DNA of 64,000 bases, from positions 51,090,001-51,154,000 of the forward strand of contig OZ249436.1 of the NCBI GenBank assembly GCA_965235115.1. Reading direction: 5' to 3'. Made by a program: the position numbers and the translations under genes. The notes beneath the pieces were generated by a model that had not been told where the DNA came from, did no database searches, and saw nothing but the letters and a program-made list of their open reading frames with translations. Shown here one piece after another: positions 1 through 15,300 of this stretch; position 1 is the first letter of the stretch, and each line of letters opens with the position of its first letter. The DNA comes from Laetmonice hystrix. Its lineage: Eukaryota.

Positions 1-672
1 TGTTAGCTGGTCCCGGCTGACTGTTGGCTGGTCCCGGCTGACTGTTGGCTGGTCCCGGCTGACTGTTGGCTGGTCCCGGCTGACTGTTGGCTGGTCCCGG
101 CTGACTGTTAGCTGGTCCCGGCTGACTGTTGGCTGGTCCCGTCTGACTGTTAGCTGGTCCCGTCTGACTGTTGGCTGGTCCCGGCTGACTGTTGGCTGGT
201 CCCGGCTGACTGTTGGCTGGTCCCGGCTGACTGTTAGCTGGTCCCGTCTGACTGTTGGCTGGTCCCGGCTGACTGTTGGCTGGTCCCGGCTGACTGTTGG
301 CTGGTCCCGTCTGACTGTTAGCTGGTCCCGGCTGACTGTTAGCTGGTCCCGTCTGACTGTTGGCTGGTCCCGGCTGACTGTTGGCTGGTCCCGGCTGACT
401 GTTGGCTGGTCCCGGCTGACTGTTGGCTGGTCCCGGCTGACTGTTGGCTGGTCCTGATTGATCGTTGGCTGGTCTCGGCTGACCGTTAGCTGGTCCCGGC
501 TGACTGTTGGCTGGTTCTGACTGGTTCTGACTGACTGCTAGCTGGTCCTGACTGGTTCTGACTGACTACTGGCTGGTCCCGGCTGACTGTTAGCTGGTCC
601 TGACTGGTCCCGACTGACTGTTAGCTGGTCCTGACTGACTTCTGGCTCATCTTCACTGACTACTGGCTGGTC
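1..672. repeat. 21-bp minisatellite (tgttggctggtcccggctgac)n, degenerating rightwards
   Basis: Visible tandem array running off the window start. Confidence 0.95.
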
Positions 673-3303
673 CTAGGTGCGGCTCTGCGTTCGGGCAAAG
701 CTGAGGGGGAAAGGGTTAAGTATGCCGATTTTGTGACCGTCTTTGGGGGCTAACATGTCTTGTCTTGATTTTCGTCCCTAATTTTAACCATCTCTCCCCA
801 CAGTAGTTCTGTCAGTGGCATGTATCTTAATTGGTGGGGAGGGGTTTTCTATAGCTGGCTTTGTTCACCCATTCCAGCAATAGACTCCTCTATTTGTTAC
901 CGGATTAAAGCCATTTTGATAATTTGGCAAATCTAGTCCCTTTTTGCTCGGTTTAAATGTACAAGGATATGCGTAAAATCCCTGGAAACAAGGACCACAA
1001 TTCATCTAAGTTAGCACATTGGGCTGTCATGTCGGCCAACACTGTCTGTCTGACAGGATCATGATCATGTTGCCCCCTAGCGGCGATCACCTGAATCTGT
1101 TATAGGATTAGTGCCGCTGGCATATGGCCGCCGCGATCCCTGGGTGGAACGGACCAATCAAACAAGGGGAGCGTCACGGTACATATCGTTACGCTTATAG
1201 ACAGCATGGGGTGGGGTTTGGGGGGGGGGTGTCTCTTGATTGCTTTAATTGGGAGTGAATCAGGGGACGGTCATTGACAGGCCGCAGTCAGCACATCGTC
1301 TTTTAAATTGCATTTTAATGACCCTCTTTCTCAAGTATAGAATATACAGTATTGAAACCTGTTCCAGCCCTGGGAGAGATGTGGATTACATTCTGTCTGG
1401 ATTATTCTGTCAGGATTATTCTGTCTAGCCAGTAGCCGCTGCCTGTAAGTCGACTCCCTCTGAATCCCGTTAGGTTTTCAGCGGTGTGGAAATTCATAAT
1501 ATTAGTGTCAGTCAGTTGTTATTTTTTCTTTTTCTTCTAGGATATATTCATCACGATGTGAGTCAGTTTGTTGAGGCCACCCAGCATTGTATTCCTCAGA
1601 CATCGAGGCACTCGCTATGGAGACATGTTTAAAGTTTATCAAACTACGTCAACACACCCGGCTAACCTGATTGTTAGCGGTAATAAAAAACGTGCATGGA
1701 ACTGTACGTGGATGTCTGAGAGTCACTGCACTCCGAGTCTCACCATTGGGGGACTGCTAAATTTTTATATTTTGGTGTGGCTGGTGGTGGTGAGGTAGAC
1801 AGCATCTAATTGAAATTCGCTGTCGGTAGCACGGGCACAATGTGTTCCCTGTACGCGATCATCTCCCTGGCCGGATTATGAGACCGGTATTAGACAGTCG
1901 GCTGTGGTACCCCCCCCCCCCCCCCGCCTCCTCCCCAACCCTTCGGTAATGTCAATACCACCTTAAACTGAGCCGGTCCGCCAAAGGCATTAGTGCTGTT
2001 TGAAAGCCGAGGAGCACCCCTTAACTTGCTCTGCTGAATGCCGAGGGCCATGCCGCTTTATTCCATCATTGTAAATATCAGGGAACATCCCGGAACAACC
2101 AAATCCTAAGGTTTATCCACCCGTGTAAGATGACGCATCATTGGCATGTTTTTAACGAAGTGATTTCTTCTTCATATTTGCATAACAGGGATTAAATCTT
2201 TCGGTGCGCATCAGAGTTGCATCAACAAAATTGCATGTAAAAAGATTACCGTTTCATAACTGGCGCAGACAATGCCAGCTCTCATAGAGTATGCTGATTG
2301 TTCCACTATTTGCTGAAATCAAAATTGGATCAGCACATTTCCAGGAATAATTCTGTCAATACTTTCCCGATGATGCGCCCCGACAACATATAGTGGTAAT
2401 TGTCCGTGACCTAATTACGCTAGCATAAATACAGATCGTTCTAAAGCTCTCAATCATCCAGTGGACAATTAGCTGGACTGAGAACAACAGAAATAAAGTA
2501 ATGGTCTTTCCTTACTACAAGTATTGCTCTTGTATATAAATGAGCCTATAGATACCAACTCAATCAGATCGCTTCCATTCTCCTATCGACATAGATTATC
2601 GTGTAAGAATCAGATACTCTTGTATTATATCCTGCATGCTTTAAGAACTCCAATCGTCTGAAACGTTTTAAGGGAAAACTCGGTGAAGAATCCATGACCT
2701 CCGAACAGGAACATAAATAAATCTCAGCCTAGTTGACTGCGATTATGTAAAAATGAAAGATTCATGATGAAGCAAAATTTCCCCTGACAGATATAATGAA
2801 AAATGTCCCTGAATTCAAGGGAGGGCTAATCTAATTTACATTGTCAAGTGGTTGGAAGTAACAGTAGCAGGCTAGTAAAAAATCTCCAGACGAACATGAC
2901 ATACGCATCAGTCATATTTTCGTTGGAATTAACAACGAGTGATCACAAGTAATGTTTCATATTGGCGGTAGGTGGCACTGGTTAACTGCATCGGGGCGAA
3001 GAGCAAGTGTGGTCGGACCTGTGGTCTCAATGATAAATGTGCGGTCACTCAGCGGTGGAGAGATTTGGCCTCTTATCGTGCGGAGAAAGCTGGGGACGTC
3101 GGCTGGAGGTCATCTTCTCAGTCATGACGTAGAGTTGGTCTGACAACACGTCGTGCGTGATTATTTGTCCCGGTACCTGCCGAGCGTAGCGTTCGGCATC
3201 ATCAAACAGACACTGAACCGCTTACATGTAGACCTACTGCTTCACGTCATGTCTGTAGTCGTGATTCTACATAGAGTATCACTCTATATACTTGTTCTTT
3301 CAG

Positions 3304-6300
3304 CCTCCTATTCTCATTCTGAACGTGACGCTGGTCGAAGCCAGAGGTCTCGAAGCCAAGGATGCAGATGGTAAGTGGGATTGCCCTGTGAGTCTGTTTA
3401 AATATGCGAAAGATATTGACCTCGGATATGTACCTAGGGGAAAGAAACAAAAATAACACCTGTAACTTAATAAATATTATAAGTTCCCCAGCTCAACTAC
3501 CCATATAAAACGTGCATTTACTGGCATAACGAGTTAGAATGTAGTTAGACATCACCGACTAACTTGAAAAGCTGTGCCATGATGGCGGGCTTAACAAAGC
3601 TATCCATCAGCGAGGTCAGGGGAAAAAAGCTGTGTTGTGCAGGATGGATGAATGCGACAGTGTGTTGTTGGAGGTGTTACGCCCTGTTGGTTAGCTCACG
3701 GTTATAGGCCTACAGTGAGTGAGTGAATTGGAGGTGTTACGCCCTGTGGGTCAGCTTACGGTTATACAATGAATGGGTGAATTGGAGGTGTTACGCCCTG
3801 TGGGTCAGCTTACGGTTATACAATGAATGGGTGAATTGGAGGTGTTACGCCCTGTGGGTCAGCTTACGGTTATACAATGAATGGGTGAATTGGAGGTGTT
3901 ACGCCCTGTGGGTCAGCTTACGGTTATACAATGAATGGGTGAATTGGAGGTGTTACGCCCTGTGGGTCAGCTTACGGTTATACAATGAATGGGTGAATTG
4001 GAGGTGTTACGCCCTGTTGGTTAGCTCACGGTTATAGGCCTACAGTGAGTGAGTGAACTGGAGGTGTTACGCCCTGTTGGTTAGCTCACGGTTATACAAT
4101 GAATGGGTGAATTGGAGGTGTTACGCCCTGTGGGTTAGCTCACGGTTATATAAATACAGTGAGTGAGTGAATTGGAGGTGTTACGCCCTGTGGGTTAGCT
4201 TACGGTTATACAATGAATGGGTGAATTGGAGGTGTTACGCCCTGTGGGTCAGCTTACGGTTATACAATGAGTGGGTGAATTGGAGGTGTTACGCCCTGTT
4301 GGTTAGCTCACGGTTATACAATGAATGGGTGAATTGGAGGTGTTACGCCCTGTTGGTTAGCTTACGGTTATACAATGAGTGGGTGAATTGGAGGTGTTAC
4401 GCCCTGTTGGTTAGCTCACGGTTATACAATGAGTGGGTGAATTGGAGGTGTTACGCCCTGTTGGTTAGCTCACGGTTATATAAATACAGTGAGTGAGTGA
4501 ATTGGAGGTGTTACGGTTGTGTCATGGTTGTTTTGGAGTTTCATTGCTGAACAGGCCGACCATAGTTAGGTCGTGACTCTGGATCTGTTCATTATTTTAT
4601 GAGAAAAGTATTGCATTCGCAATTTCCACACGCTACCTTCTTCTACGCATCAGCCAAAAAAGAGGGGGAATCTGGAAACAGTGCACCCAAAATTAATGTC
4701 TTTGATGAATATTACCTAATTTTCAAATTAAAAATTTAAAAAGCTAGAGATGTTTTATGCATGATATCAAGTTCTGACACTTTTATAACGCTGGCATCAT
4801 AACGTTCAAAATAGCCGAGTAAATATTACGGGAAACATTAGCAATCAAACGGTCCATATTTATTCACGGCTGCCCGGCTAGTAATTGCCCATTTCATCTC
4901 TTATATGTTTTTAATTAAAAATGGTAAAATCTACAGGGGTTTGTCCAAAGTATAATCAAAATTGTGTCTTTGAACTGTATAGTGTGTCCCTGGTGGGTAG
5001 TCGGGGTTAGAGCTGAGGTCATAGATCAGCACACATGAAAGCCGTGCCCAGCCCAAGAGGACAACAGCAGCCATTATTGCGGACGAACGTCACAATCAGT
5101 CTCCACTGTTCATCACAGACCGGGCGGCAGATTATCGAGATGAAAGTAGCTCGTCCATTGTTTGCTTCAGTGATTACTGGCCGGATGATCCGGGCCTCTG
5201 CCGGATATCTTAACAGCTGCATACCGTCAAGTGCTCCACCGCCCGTCACAATGGGTTTGGGAGTCAAATCCTCCAAGTAATAAGATCCGACATTAATATA
5301 ATATAAATTGTCTCCCCTCCTTCAGAACACCTGAATCTTCTCGTGCACCCCCCCCCCCCCTCCCCACCCCCCATCGCTTCTACTTGAGTTTTGCCGACTC
5401 TTTGGTACCCCAAAGTAGGAACCTGCTGCACGCTAAAATAACATGAAGAAAAATATTACCTGATCCACTCTTCAGGGATACAGAAACTACAGGCCAAGAT
5501 GGCCTTTAAGGTGCTGGCTCAGTGCTGGCTCGGTAATAGCTCAGTGCTGGCTCGGTGTTTATTTTGTGATGGACGTAACCAGACTCTCGGCCAAATGAAA
5601 ACACAATACCATGCTTTACGATATTAATTTAATGATGCATCATAATGGATTTTATTTGAGTTTTGCCAATCCAGAAGTGTGGAAAGATTCTAATATTCGC
5701 AAGTTGATTTATCCATCAGGGCATGATTGAATGATGCTGTCTCCAGCTTTATTTATGGTTTATGTCCATTAGTATTGTCCCTCATAGGTTGTTTTCCGAT
5801 GCTTGGTGTATCTTCAGTCATGCTATAGCATCATCAAGAAAGGTCGCAAAATGTAAATCTTTAAAACGACTCATATTTTTTTATCTAAAGGTAATGGATA
5901 TCTTAGAGGAATTAAATATATTTCAATCATATTGCTCTGCCTTCAAATAAGGGAAGATATCCAGTTATAACAAATATTAGCACAGCTTCAATCTGGACAC
6001 GAAGACACTGACCCCTTTTAGTATACCAGGGTCAATCCTTGATGGGCTGATTCCATTGCGGTTTATCAGTTACCACAAAGCCATCCCTATCATCAAACTC
6101 TACAAGTCTATTGCATGCCATCGCATGAAGCTACAGCAGTATGGATCACGTTGTTTATCACTCACTGTCCGCTCCCAGAAATGCCTGGTAAGCAGAAATT
6201 TCTGTGTGCCGAGTACAGACTTCTAGTTTACATTCAAAGAAGCGAAACCACAAGGAATTGCCCGGAGGTAAGCACTTTTCATCATAACGTTGCTCCAGTT

Positions 6301-9300
6301 TGAAGTGACAGCATCTTCCGTATACATGTTTCGAGCCAGGCCCTGGGGCGGTTGCCATTGATACGGGATGACTCAATCAGCATGCATTATCGACAGCAAT
6401 AGTAAGGTAGTCGATGTGGCCCGGGTCTGAACTCGCTACTACCTATTGCAGGAATCAAACCTTGACATTAAACCTTTATCTGTACAGCCATGGGGGTTAT
6501 TTGGAAAACGGTTTTGGAAAATCTGAACTCCTTGAAGTGCCTTTGAAGATCTGGACAATTTGAATTAATTTGAATTTTCTTATTTATTTATTTATTTTAT
6601 TTTTTGGGGGTTCCCATCCTTTTCCTTGTCTCTTATACAGTGGGCACGCGCTCTCTTTTTGTCCGAATTACCTGCTTAAATTACGTACTTCCGAGTGTGC
6701 GACCTTGACCTGAAACAAACAGCCCTGATCCCTGATGCTGAGGAGTTCCTCCCCGTCGATATCTGTGCGCTGAGGAGTTCCTCCCCGTCGATATCTGTGA
6801 AGGCATCGCTTTTTCCCCCACCTTCCGATAGCATTAGGTCAAGTCCTGAATACGCCCATGGGATCCACTAAGTTGGGACATCGAGGAGTCTCCCTGTCCT
6901 CTAGTGAATTGGAGGATTCTGCAGCTTCGACAACAAGGAGCCAGATGGCAATGGCGATGAGTTTCAGCCGGGTTAGACGGGGGTTGGAGATCCTTTGTTC
7001 CCGATGGCTTGCTCAATATGGACTGAACAAGGTCTGGTATGTTTTCAGTTGTTTTCTGGAATTGTTTTTTAGGGGGTAGGGCTGCTCCGAGCTAGATGAC
7101 AAGAACCTCCCCCCGCCCTCCACCTAACACATAAAAGGTGATCCTTAGCGCAAAGCTATCGCGGAGACGTCTGAGAAATTCAAAGCTTGAGTAATGACTG
7201 AGATATTGATGATTAGTTGAATCAGGTTTTATCAAAGATAGTTCTTAGCCCAACCCGAGTGAGATTTCACACAGCACTGAAGACCTCCGCAGTTGTTGGT
7301 ACGACATGTCCGCACCCAACGATGGAGAAGAGGGCCGGGGTGTGTCCTTGTTAGGAACGCTGTCCTATTACGTCACGCAGGCAAAGCTCCTGTATCATTA
7401 CATGACAGGAACTATAATCCTTTACTCAGCGATAGGAGATAGCCGCCTACTGATGAAAGGCCCTTGATGATATGGGTACATGTTTCACTGACACGTTCAC
7501 GAGGTTTTCATTACTGTTTGATGTTATTTATTATCAGTGTTTTCAACCATGATCAGGGGGCTCTGGTTGACACTTGGGGACTGCATCTTGACGTGTTACC
7601 AAAAAACCCGAACTGGCTCTCTTAAAGCTTTAGGAACGGATCAAAATGTATAGAGGATCTATGGCACACTTTATATCACCAAGCGTCATGCGAAATTCCG
7701 GAACTTTATGAGTTATCTTCACCTGCTGAGGTTTTATATCACACATATGGTTTTATGTGACATTGGGAATTGTGGTGTTATAATTATGGAAATAAAGGGT
7801 ACAAATCATGTGTTAGTCGAATGCCTGACTTGAACAACAGCCGAGCTCTCATATAATCGTGATATTCAGCTATAAGTGCACCATGCCCCGTTCCAACCTA
7901 TTAACAACCCAACTATAGCCGTTCCCTATGCACTGCCGTTTTTCAGGTTTTAGCGATCCCTACTGCATGCTGGGAATTATTCCCGGCAACCGGTCAGTTA
8001 AAGAGCGCCCCGATGGCAGCGTATCCTCGGACGAAGAGGCGGGCCGCCATGAAAGGAAAAGTGCACTCAAGAAATTTTCACAGAGTTTCAAAAGGAAAAG
8101 GGAAAAGACCGCCAGGGACTTGATTCCAGCAAGATACATAAAAACGACATCCGTCAAACCAAACACGCTCAATCCTGTTTGGAACGAAAGATTTCGATTG
8201 TAAGTGCACCTGGTGCATTCTGAGAAAGGTCATAGTAAAAGATAAATATTCAGTTACTTACACTGAGGAGAAATGAGCATCTTAAGCCAAAGCATTAAAT
8301 ATAAACGATGGGCGATGAAGACAGTCATATTTCCCTGTGTTACGTGCAACTCGCATGACTATTAGTCATTTTACATTATTTAGTAAACATTTCCGTACGC
8401 TTACTTTTCATCTGACGTCTTTGCGAAGGTTCTTGTACCGCCTACCTACAGTTCTGTCAACGGTCAGCCTCTAGCGTTGCCTTTCTTTTCGGTAACCTTG
8501 TGGGCGTCACTTTACTATCTACTAAAAGTGCTAAAGTCCGGGGACTCCTGACAATACTGTCGCGTTCTTTAACTAAGATCTATTTTATTCCAGTGATTTA
8601 GAGGATGTCCATACAGACCGTATGCATCTGGACATCTGGTGAGTTATTCAAATGGAAACAACTTTCCCCAAAAACAAAAAAAAAACCACTTAAATCAATC
8701 CTAATTTAACAAGTGTCACATCAGGATATGGTAATGTATTAGATTTGGGCATACCCTCCCAGAGGAGACCAGTGGTCGAGAACTTGATGGTTCTCCACGT
8801 CAGTAATGATGAAGATTGATACCCAGGTGACTGTCTAACTCGCTTTCAGGGACCACGATGATGAGTTCTCAGTTTTAGACGCCACCAAGAGGCTGAACGA
8901 GGTGCAGGGACTCAAGGGGTTGGGGCGGTTCTTTAAGCAGGTAGCCCAGTCCGCCCGGACCACCAGTAGAAGTTCCGTCGATGACTTCTTGGGTTGTGTC
9001 AACATCAGTCTACATGTGAGTGAGCTATTTAACAAAACTCTCATAAATAAGGTAACGCTAGGCAAGTTATTGTAGGTATTGCTTCTAAAACGTCCATTAA
9101 ACATTTCTGTTAACTAGTAGGCTCCATTGGATGAATAATATAAAGAAGCCATAAATTGCTCCCTTGGCGTACAGGACATCCCGTCGACAGGGATCGACAA
9201 ATTTTACGAGTTGGAGGGTCGGTCGGCCAGGTCGAACGTCGAGGGCAGTATTCGCATGAAGATGTCACTGGCAACACGCGAAGATCGCGGTATCCCGGAA

Positions 9301-12300
9301 GAGGACAATTGGACTGATATCAAGCAGCACGAGGACCTCATGTGTATCTTCATCGAGCATGAAATCAGGAAGTTCCGGGTAAGTAGCTTTTGTTGCAAAG
9401 AAAAATAGGCTTTGTCTGCAGCTACATTACAAAATGTTAGGGAACATTTTACAGTTTGTCAAAAGAAGGTCGGTCAAAATTCAAAATATCAAAATTATAG
9501 ATTTTTTTCTGTGACGGTTGACAGTATAATGTCTACAAGCTTATAGTATATTTTTAAGGACATTATATTTTAACATGCAGTTCAATAAAGTTGAGTAGAT
9601 GTATCAGGTAACTATTCTTGAGACTGCCTGCCCGTTTGTTGCGGACATACTACAGTAATTTTATATTTCTTTTATCAATACTAATTGGCTTTCGATTGAA
9701 ATAAAAGCCCACAAAACGACCACCGTCCAATATAATTCTATTAGAACCACATAAAACAGAAGTGATATTCTTCCATATGTCTTGACCGGCTCTCCAGTAA
9801 CTTCATAAACAGTCGGATCAAATAATGTAGCTACGAATACATGCGTATATAATAAGTATAGCTGATCAACAAAAGTCCAGCAAAATGTTACTTCAGGAGG
9901 GCGTAGGCCTCAGATAAAAGGTAGAAAGCCCTCGACGTATATTGATGGTTTCAATGAGGTTAAAGAGGAAAGCAAAGCAGTTGATTTTTTTCAGTTATGT
10001 GTGACGGTGGAAACTATTATGTTATCGTTCAGCAAAATTGAAGAATTCGTATTCTGGCATGTCACAGGGTTACGCGGCTGTTCTCTAAACAGTCTCCAAT
10101 TACTTGTGAGTGCCTCAGCAGTATCAACGCTGATGACGTCACAGCATTGATATTGTGTAAGCATGTATTGGTCTGTATGAAGTCACGGAAAAGGCCGAAA
10201 GACTGGTGACGCCCTATTGTAGTGGCCACCACTTGTATTCAGCTAACATGTGATGTTTTCCTCTCTCGGGCGGCATCGTGAACAGAGGCGGGGATACCAG
10301 AGTGGTTGGGTACGTCCACATATAAATGTGCTTTGTCTGTGTTTGTATCAAGATTTATTGTGTCAACCCCCACGTGTGTCAAGACATCAGCCAGGCTGCG
10401 TCGAACTCTACGTGTCAAGTCCTTCCATTCCTACCTCAAGCATGCTAGCTGGTTCTAATCTCTCAGGTCAGGGGTAACAAGGTCACAGCGCGCCCTCTAT
10501 TCTGCTTCCGGTTGCATCACGTGGCGGCCTCCCTACAATATTTTAATGTTGGCACACAAATCCTGCTATCTCTTAGTCCCTTGCACTCAGTATGTGAGAC
10601 CGGGCTTTTGAAGTATATTTCCAAAACATGATATTCAAGCATAAATTATCTTAAAGTTGTCTGTAATAATTATAACAGTAGGCCTATTACAAAAAGCCTC
10701 GCCTAATAATTGGCCAGAACACCTTGTAATGATATTATACTTTGATGGATCTTTGGTCTTTATGTAACTTCTAAATAATGCGGCGGTACTTGGGTTTGCT
10801 CACTTTAACAGTCATGTTACAGCGAGAAACAGAAAGGATCGGGTCCAGGGGGAAACATTGCGTACCATTAATTGATACATTTTGACTTGTATTTTAGAAT
10901 CTCATGCAATAACTCCATTGTCAACAAAGATGTTTGTTTTATGTGTATATCGGCCTACCGTATTTGTCATTGTCTAATGTGCTACGCCTGTTCTTCTGGA
11001 TCAACTCTGTCATGCCTTTTGTGTATTTGTGCCGTGCCTGTCGGTTATCGTTGTGTGGATTACGCCACGCCAGTTGGTTGTGACCTTGGTACAGTTGTCC
11101 GCTGTAGGCCGTTGACGTGACGTTATTAACGCCGCGCCGTGACCTGGCACGACGTGACGTAATGGTGTGATACTGTTTTGCAGGATGACGTTCACCGATG
11201 GAACGGGGAACTACCACAAGCGGCGCTGACCATCCTACACCAGCACGCTATCCAGGGCGACATCACCGAGGTCCAGGAGGCAATGTGGTGCGTCCCTTAT
11301 TTATTTGTATTTTAAGAAATGTAATGTTATAGGGTAGGCGAGGAATGAGGTATATATAGGCCTAACCAAACTGCAATTTCCTTACTACAGGGGCAACAAC
11401 TATAACTACACATAGGCCTGCATTTATAGGAATAGATTACCATCCATATTACTCTAAAGTTTTGAGTCATTTGTCTGTTTCTGCTACTCTCAGCCCAAGA
11501 TATTCCGCTGTGTACTCCATTCAAATTTTCGTTTATGTCAGAGGATCTTCGTATGCTATAGAAGGCTTGTTCGAGAAATACATGTAGCCCCGACTAACCC
11601 TTTCATCCTCGTTAGATTAGATGTCTCACGAAAATGTCGACCCAAGACATATTTCTGAAGTTTCCTTAATGTATCCTTAATGAAAGAATTCAGTCGGTCC
11701 TGATAGCCCAGTTCAGAAGAATACCATACCAATGTGCTAACTACAGCTACTCAGATGAAAGCTATCTAAGTAGCACCGCCCTTTATGTGTGTAGTAAGAT
11801 ACTCCAGGTATTTTTTTTATTCACAAGTCTATCTCGGTGAGGTATGGTTTTACGTTATGGAGGTGCGTGTCTGACGGACAGAACTTGAATCCGTCGAGAA
11901 GGGCGAGGCCGCCTTGATGATAGCCAGGTTAATCATTGCATGGTGTGTGTTCCAGTCGATGGGCCGCCTTCAGTCGGAAGCACCAGGAGCAACCCTTTAA
12001 TTGGGAGGTCCTACTCAAACTACTCTATAGGCTGGATGACGTATGGCAACCAGCGGATTTGTCACGAGACGAGGTAGGCTTTCATCCTATACAGTGCTCT
12101 TCCACCAGGCTTAGGTTACTTGGATCAACTAATGACTTCCTTGGATTATTATGAGAGAGAAAGAGTGAGTGAATCTACCATGAAGGTTGATGTAGGTGTC
12201 TTTTGAGTGATAATGAATCCGGTCGAATACTTACGGTGGTTGGGGTGATAAATAGTTGTGGTAGTCATTAGTGGTGGTACTAATTACTGAAGGGCGTTTC

Positions 12301-15300
12301 TCCCAGGCGTTTATACCAGCCACAGAGCTCGAGCGTTATTGATGAACTGAGGAAAGCGCGACGACAAAATAATTGTCTCAAGGCGGTACTTCCGCTACAA
12401 GCACAGCCTACTGGCTTAGCTCCTGAGGAAGATAAAGTAGAATTCCGACTTTTGAATTAATTCGTATATGTAAACGGTATAAGCCAAGAAAACTGAAAAC
12501 AAGACAACTGAGCCAATAAAACCTCCCAGCGGTTGAGATGTAAGTTTTTGCAAGCCTAATAGCAGCCGAGATAATGTGGGTGAGACACCTAATAAAGCAG
12601 GAATTAAAGGGGCATATTATGAGGAAACGTTAAAAATCGGTATTTCATAGAACTTTTGCTGTTTTCATAAAGAGATCCTTCATTAAAATTGCTTAGTAAA
12701 CAAAGACAGACTTATCAGTTTCATTTTGCGTGAGAAATCAAAGTTTATTAAGCTCCCTTGCCCGCTTCTCTGCCGATTTCGTAAAATATTTTTTGGGTGG
12801 CATTCTGATGCCGGGCGATCGAGTGCCACTGCTGAATTGTTTACAACTAAGCAAATCACGTAACTAAGCACATGCAGAGAGTGCACACACAGGATGTGAC
12901 ACAATATGCAATTACACGGGTTGATGGGAGGTTGTCTGCCAAATTATGGCGGGAGATGTGCTATCGGGAGAAATCTATAGGTTTGGTCGTATAGAACCTA
13001 CTTGTGCTGCATACGCAGCGAAAACACGTCGGAGGACAAAATGCTGTGGTAGGATTATTTACTTGGATCCCGAGTACACGGTCATGTTGGATAATTGCCG
13101 GAAATCTAAAAAAACGTGTTTCATAGCATGCCCCGTTAAAAAGGGGTTTCCAAGAAATGATATAGTGGGAGCCAAATATATAATTTTATTACAAGAAAGT
13201 ATCAGGAAAGTACAATAATAAGTTCATAGACTCCCCTCAAAATGTTATTTTGAGGGTACGAAATGGGACGTCCGAGGAACTGAGTTCAAGTGAATAAAAT
13301 AATTCTGAATATTGATAACGAGAGAACGAAACAACATCTCTTGGGAACAAAATCGAGTTTGTCCTTCCATTTCCGCTATGGGGCTCCGTGTCTTTCATAT
13401 AATTTGAAAGGCCTATAAAAGTCTATCTGGTACATAAAGTTACAGTCATAACGACGCCCGCTTGCCAAGCCCTGGCCGCTTGTTCCCTATAAACGCCCCC
13501 CGCCGAACACTCCAAATACCGTTTTTACCACCCGTCCATCGCCCCTCTACCTGCAACCCCACCGCTCTGACTCGCCGCTGTTAGTATCAGGTTCCGGCGA
13601 GAACAGTGCCGTTTTTACTGGAGGACGATTCCGGTCAGCGACCAGTGAACGTTTCGTGAAAAAACCCCGGAGCCGTCAGAGTAGTTTGAAGACTCGCATT
13701 GTCCACTGGTCTGACAGGCAGCTACCTAGACATCTCAGTCACAGCGCTCTGAAGCCACAGAATTACAAAGAACTCCTCAAAGTACGAAAGCTTTGATGCC
13801 TTGAACTAATGCTGAGACGTCGAGGGCACTCAGTGAGAGCCGTTTGACAGGAATATAAAAGAGAATGTATCTATAGGCGTGGTATGAATGGTCTTTTTAC
13901 TTAAAAGGTCACACGTCAAGTTGATCTAGATCCGACTCAAATTAGCAATTAATATTAAGTCTAATTATCATTCAAAAATACAAAGTTTATTACAGATTCT
14001 AAGTAAGTGGCCATCTTTGAATTGATTTGAAGTTAAGATTAAGAAATTGTAACGTCAGATCATGGGTAACCTAATTTTCTTCTCAGAAAGTCAACAGTAA
14101 TAAGCTTGAACTTGAGGCTTCATCAGTGCACTGGTCCTCGGAAACTATATGCCACTTCTGAAACTGTGCAGTCGCAAAATGCTGCATGGTTTCATAATCA
14201 GCAAAACTGCTTAATCTATAAAATTATGTACTACATGTAGTTCTTATTTGGTCAAACGCCAGAGGGATTCCAACGAAATAATAGAAACGACATTCGAAAA
14301 AAAGAAGAGGAAATGCAGGAGGCTCGTCAATGCATGACCTTAAAAAAACATTGATAAAGGCTGAAAATTTTCATATTATTATGTTCCAGTAAACACCGTT
14401 CAAATATTATTTTTCCCCCCTGCAAGAATATCAGGATATGCCTTTCACGAAAGAAAGAGGTTTCAGAGGTTTCAAACCACATAAAATGCGATCTCTATAA
14501 CTAAAATATTGTTGCGATAAAACGTCTACCTTGTTTTGCTTCCCACATTTTGTAGGTTCTATTTCACGACAAAGTAAGTGGCCTGAACCCGGAACGACTG
14601 TGCGCATGCGTGGTCTTCCGGTGTCGTTCTGTTCACTGCACTCGGAGTCGCATTGTTGTTACCAAACTACACCATTCAGTCCGAGCCTGACCGGCCTGAA
14701 TAACCTGACAACATAACCAATCGAAAACATTTTCACAATGACGTCACACTTGATTATGCCCGATTTATGATACATTCACGAGCATGTACCATGCGGTTCC
14801 GTGATTGCCATCACGTTACACATATCACTTCTAGAGGTGTTGCACTTTGTCTTCACATCATTTTGTTAATGCATATTCAATGCGGATCATGATAATTATG
14901 TTACGTGATGGCTGTAAGAGATTTACAAAGGAGCAGAATGAAAACATCGTTGCATATTGGTTAAGGGACATATCCTCAGAAGCTTTACAAGCGATGGGTC
15001 ATCGATTCATCATCAACTGATGTTACTTGGGTTTAATTGGACGGCCTGCCCCCCGGTCTGTTGTCAAGGGACGGTCTGCCCCCGTCTGTTGTCAAGGGAC
15101 GGTCTGCCCCCGTCTGTTGTCAAGGGACGGTCTGCCCCCGTCTGTTGTCAAGGGACGGTCTGCCCCCGTCTGTTGTCAAGGGACGGTCTGCCCCCGTCTG
15201 TTGTCAAGGGACGGTCTGCCCCCGTCTGTTGTCAAGGGACGGTCTGCCCCCGTCTGTTGTCAAGGGACGGTCTGCCCCCGTCTGTTGTCAAGGGACGGTC

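Noticed and set aside
3668..4516. Regular repeats resembling a CRISPR array or repeat protein
   Set aside because: No unique spacers, no cas genes, eukaryotic intron; a plain minisatellite.
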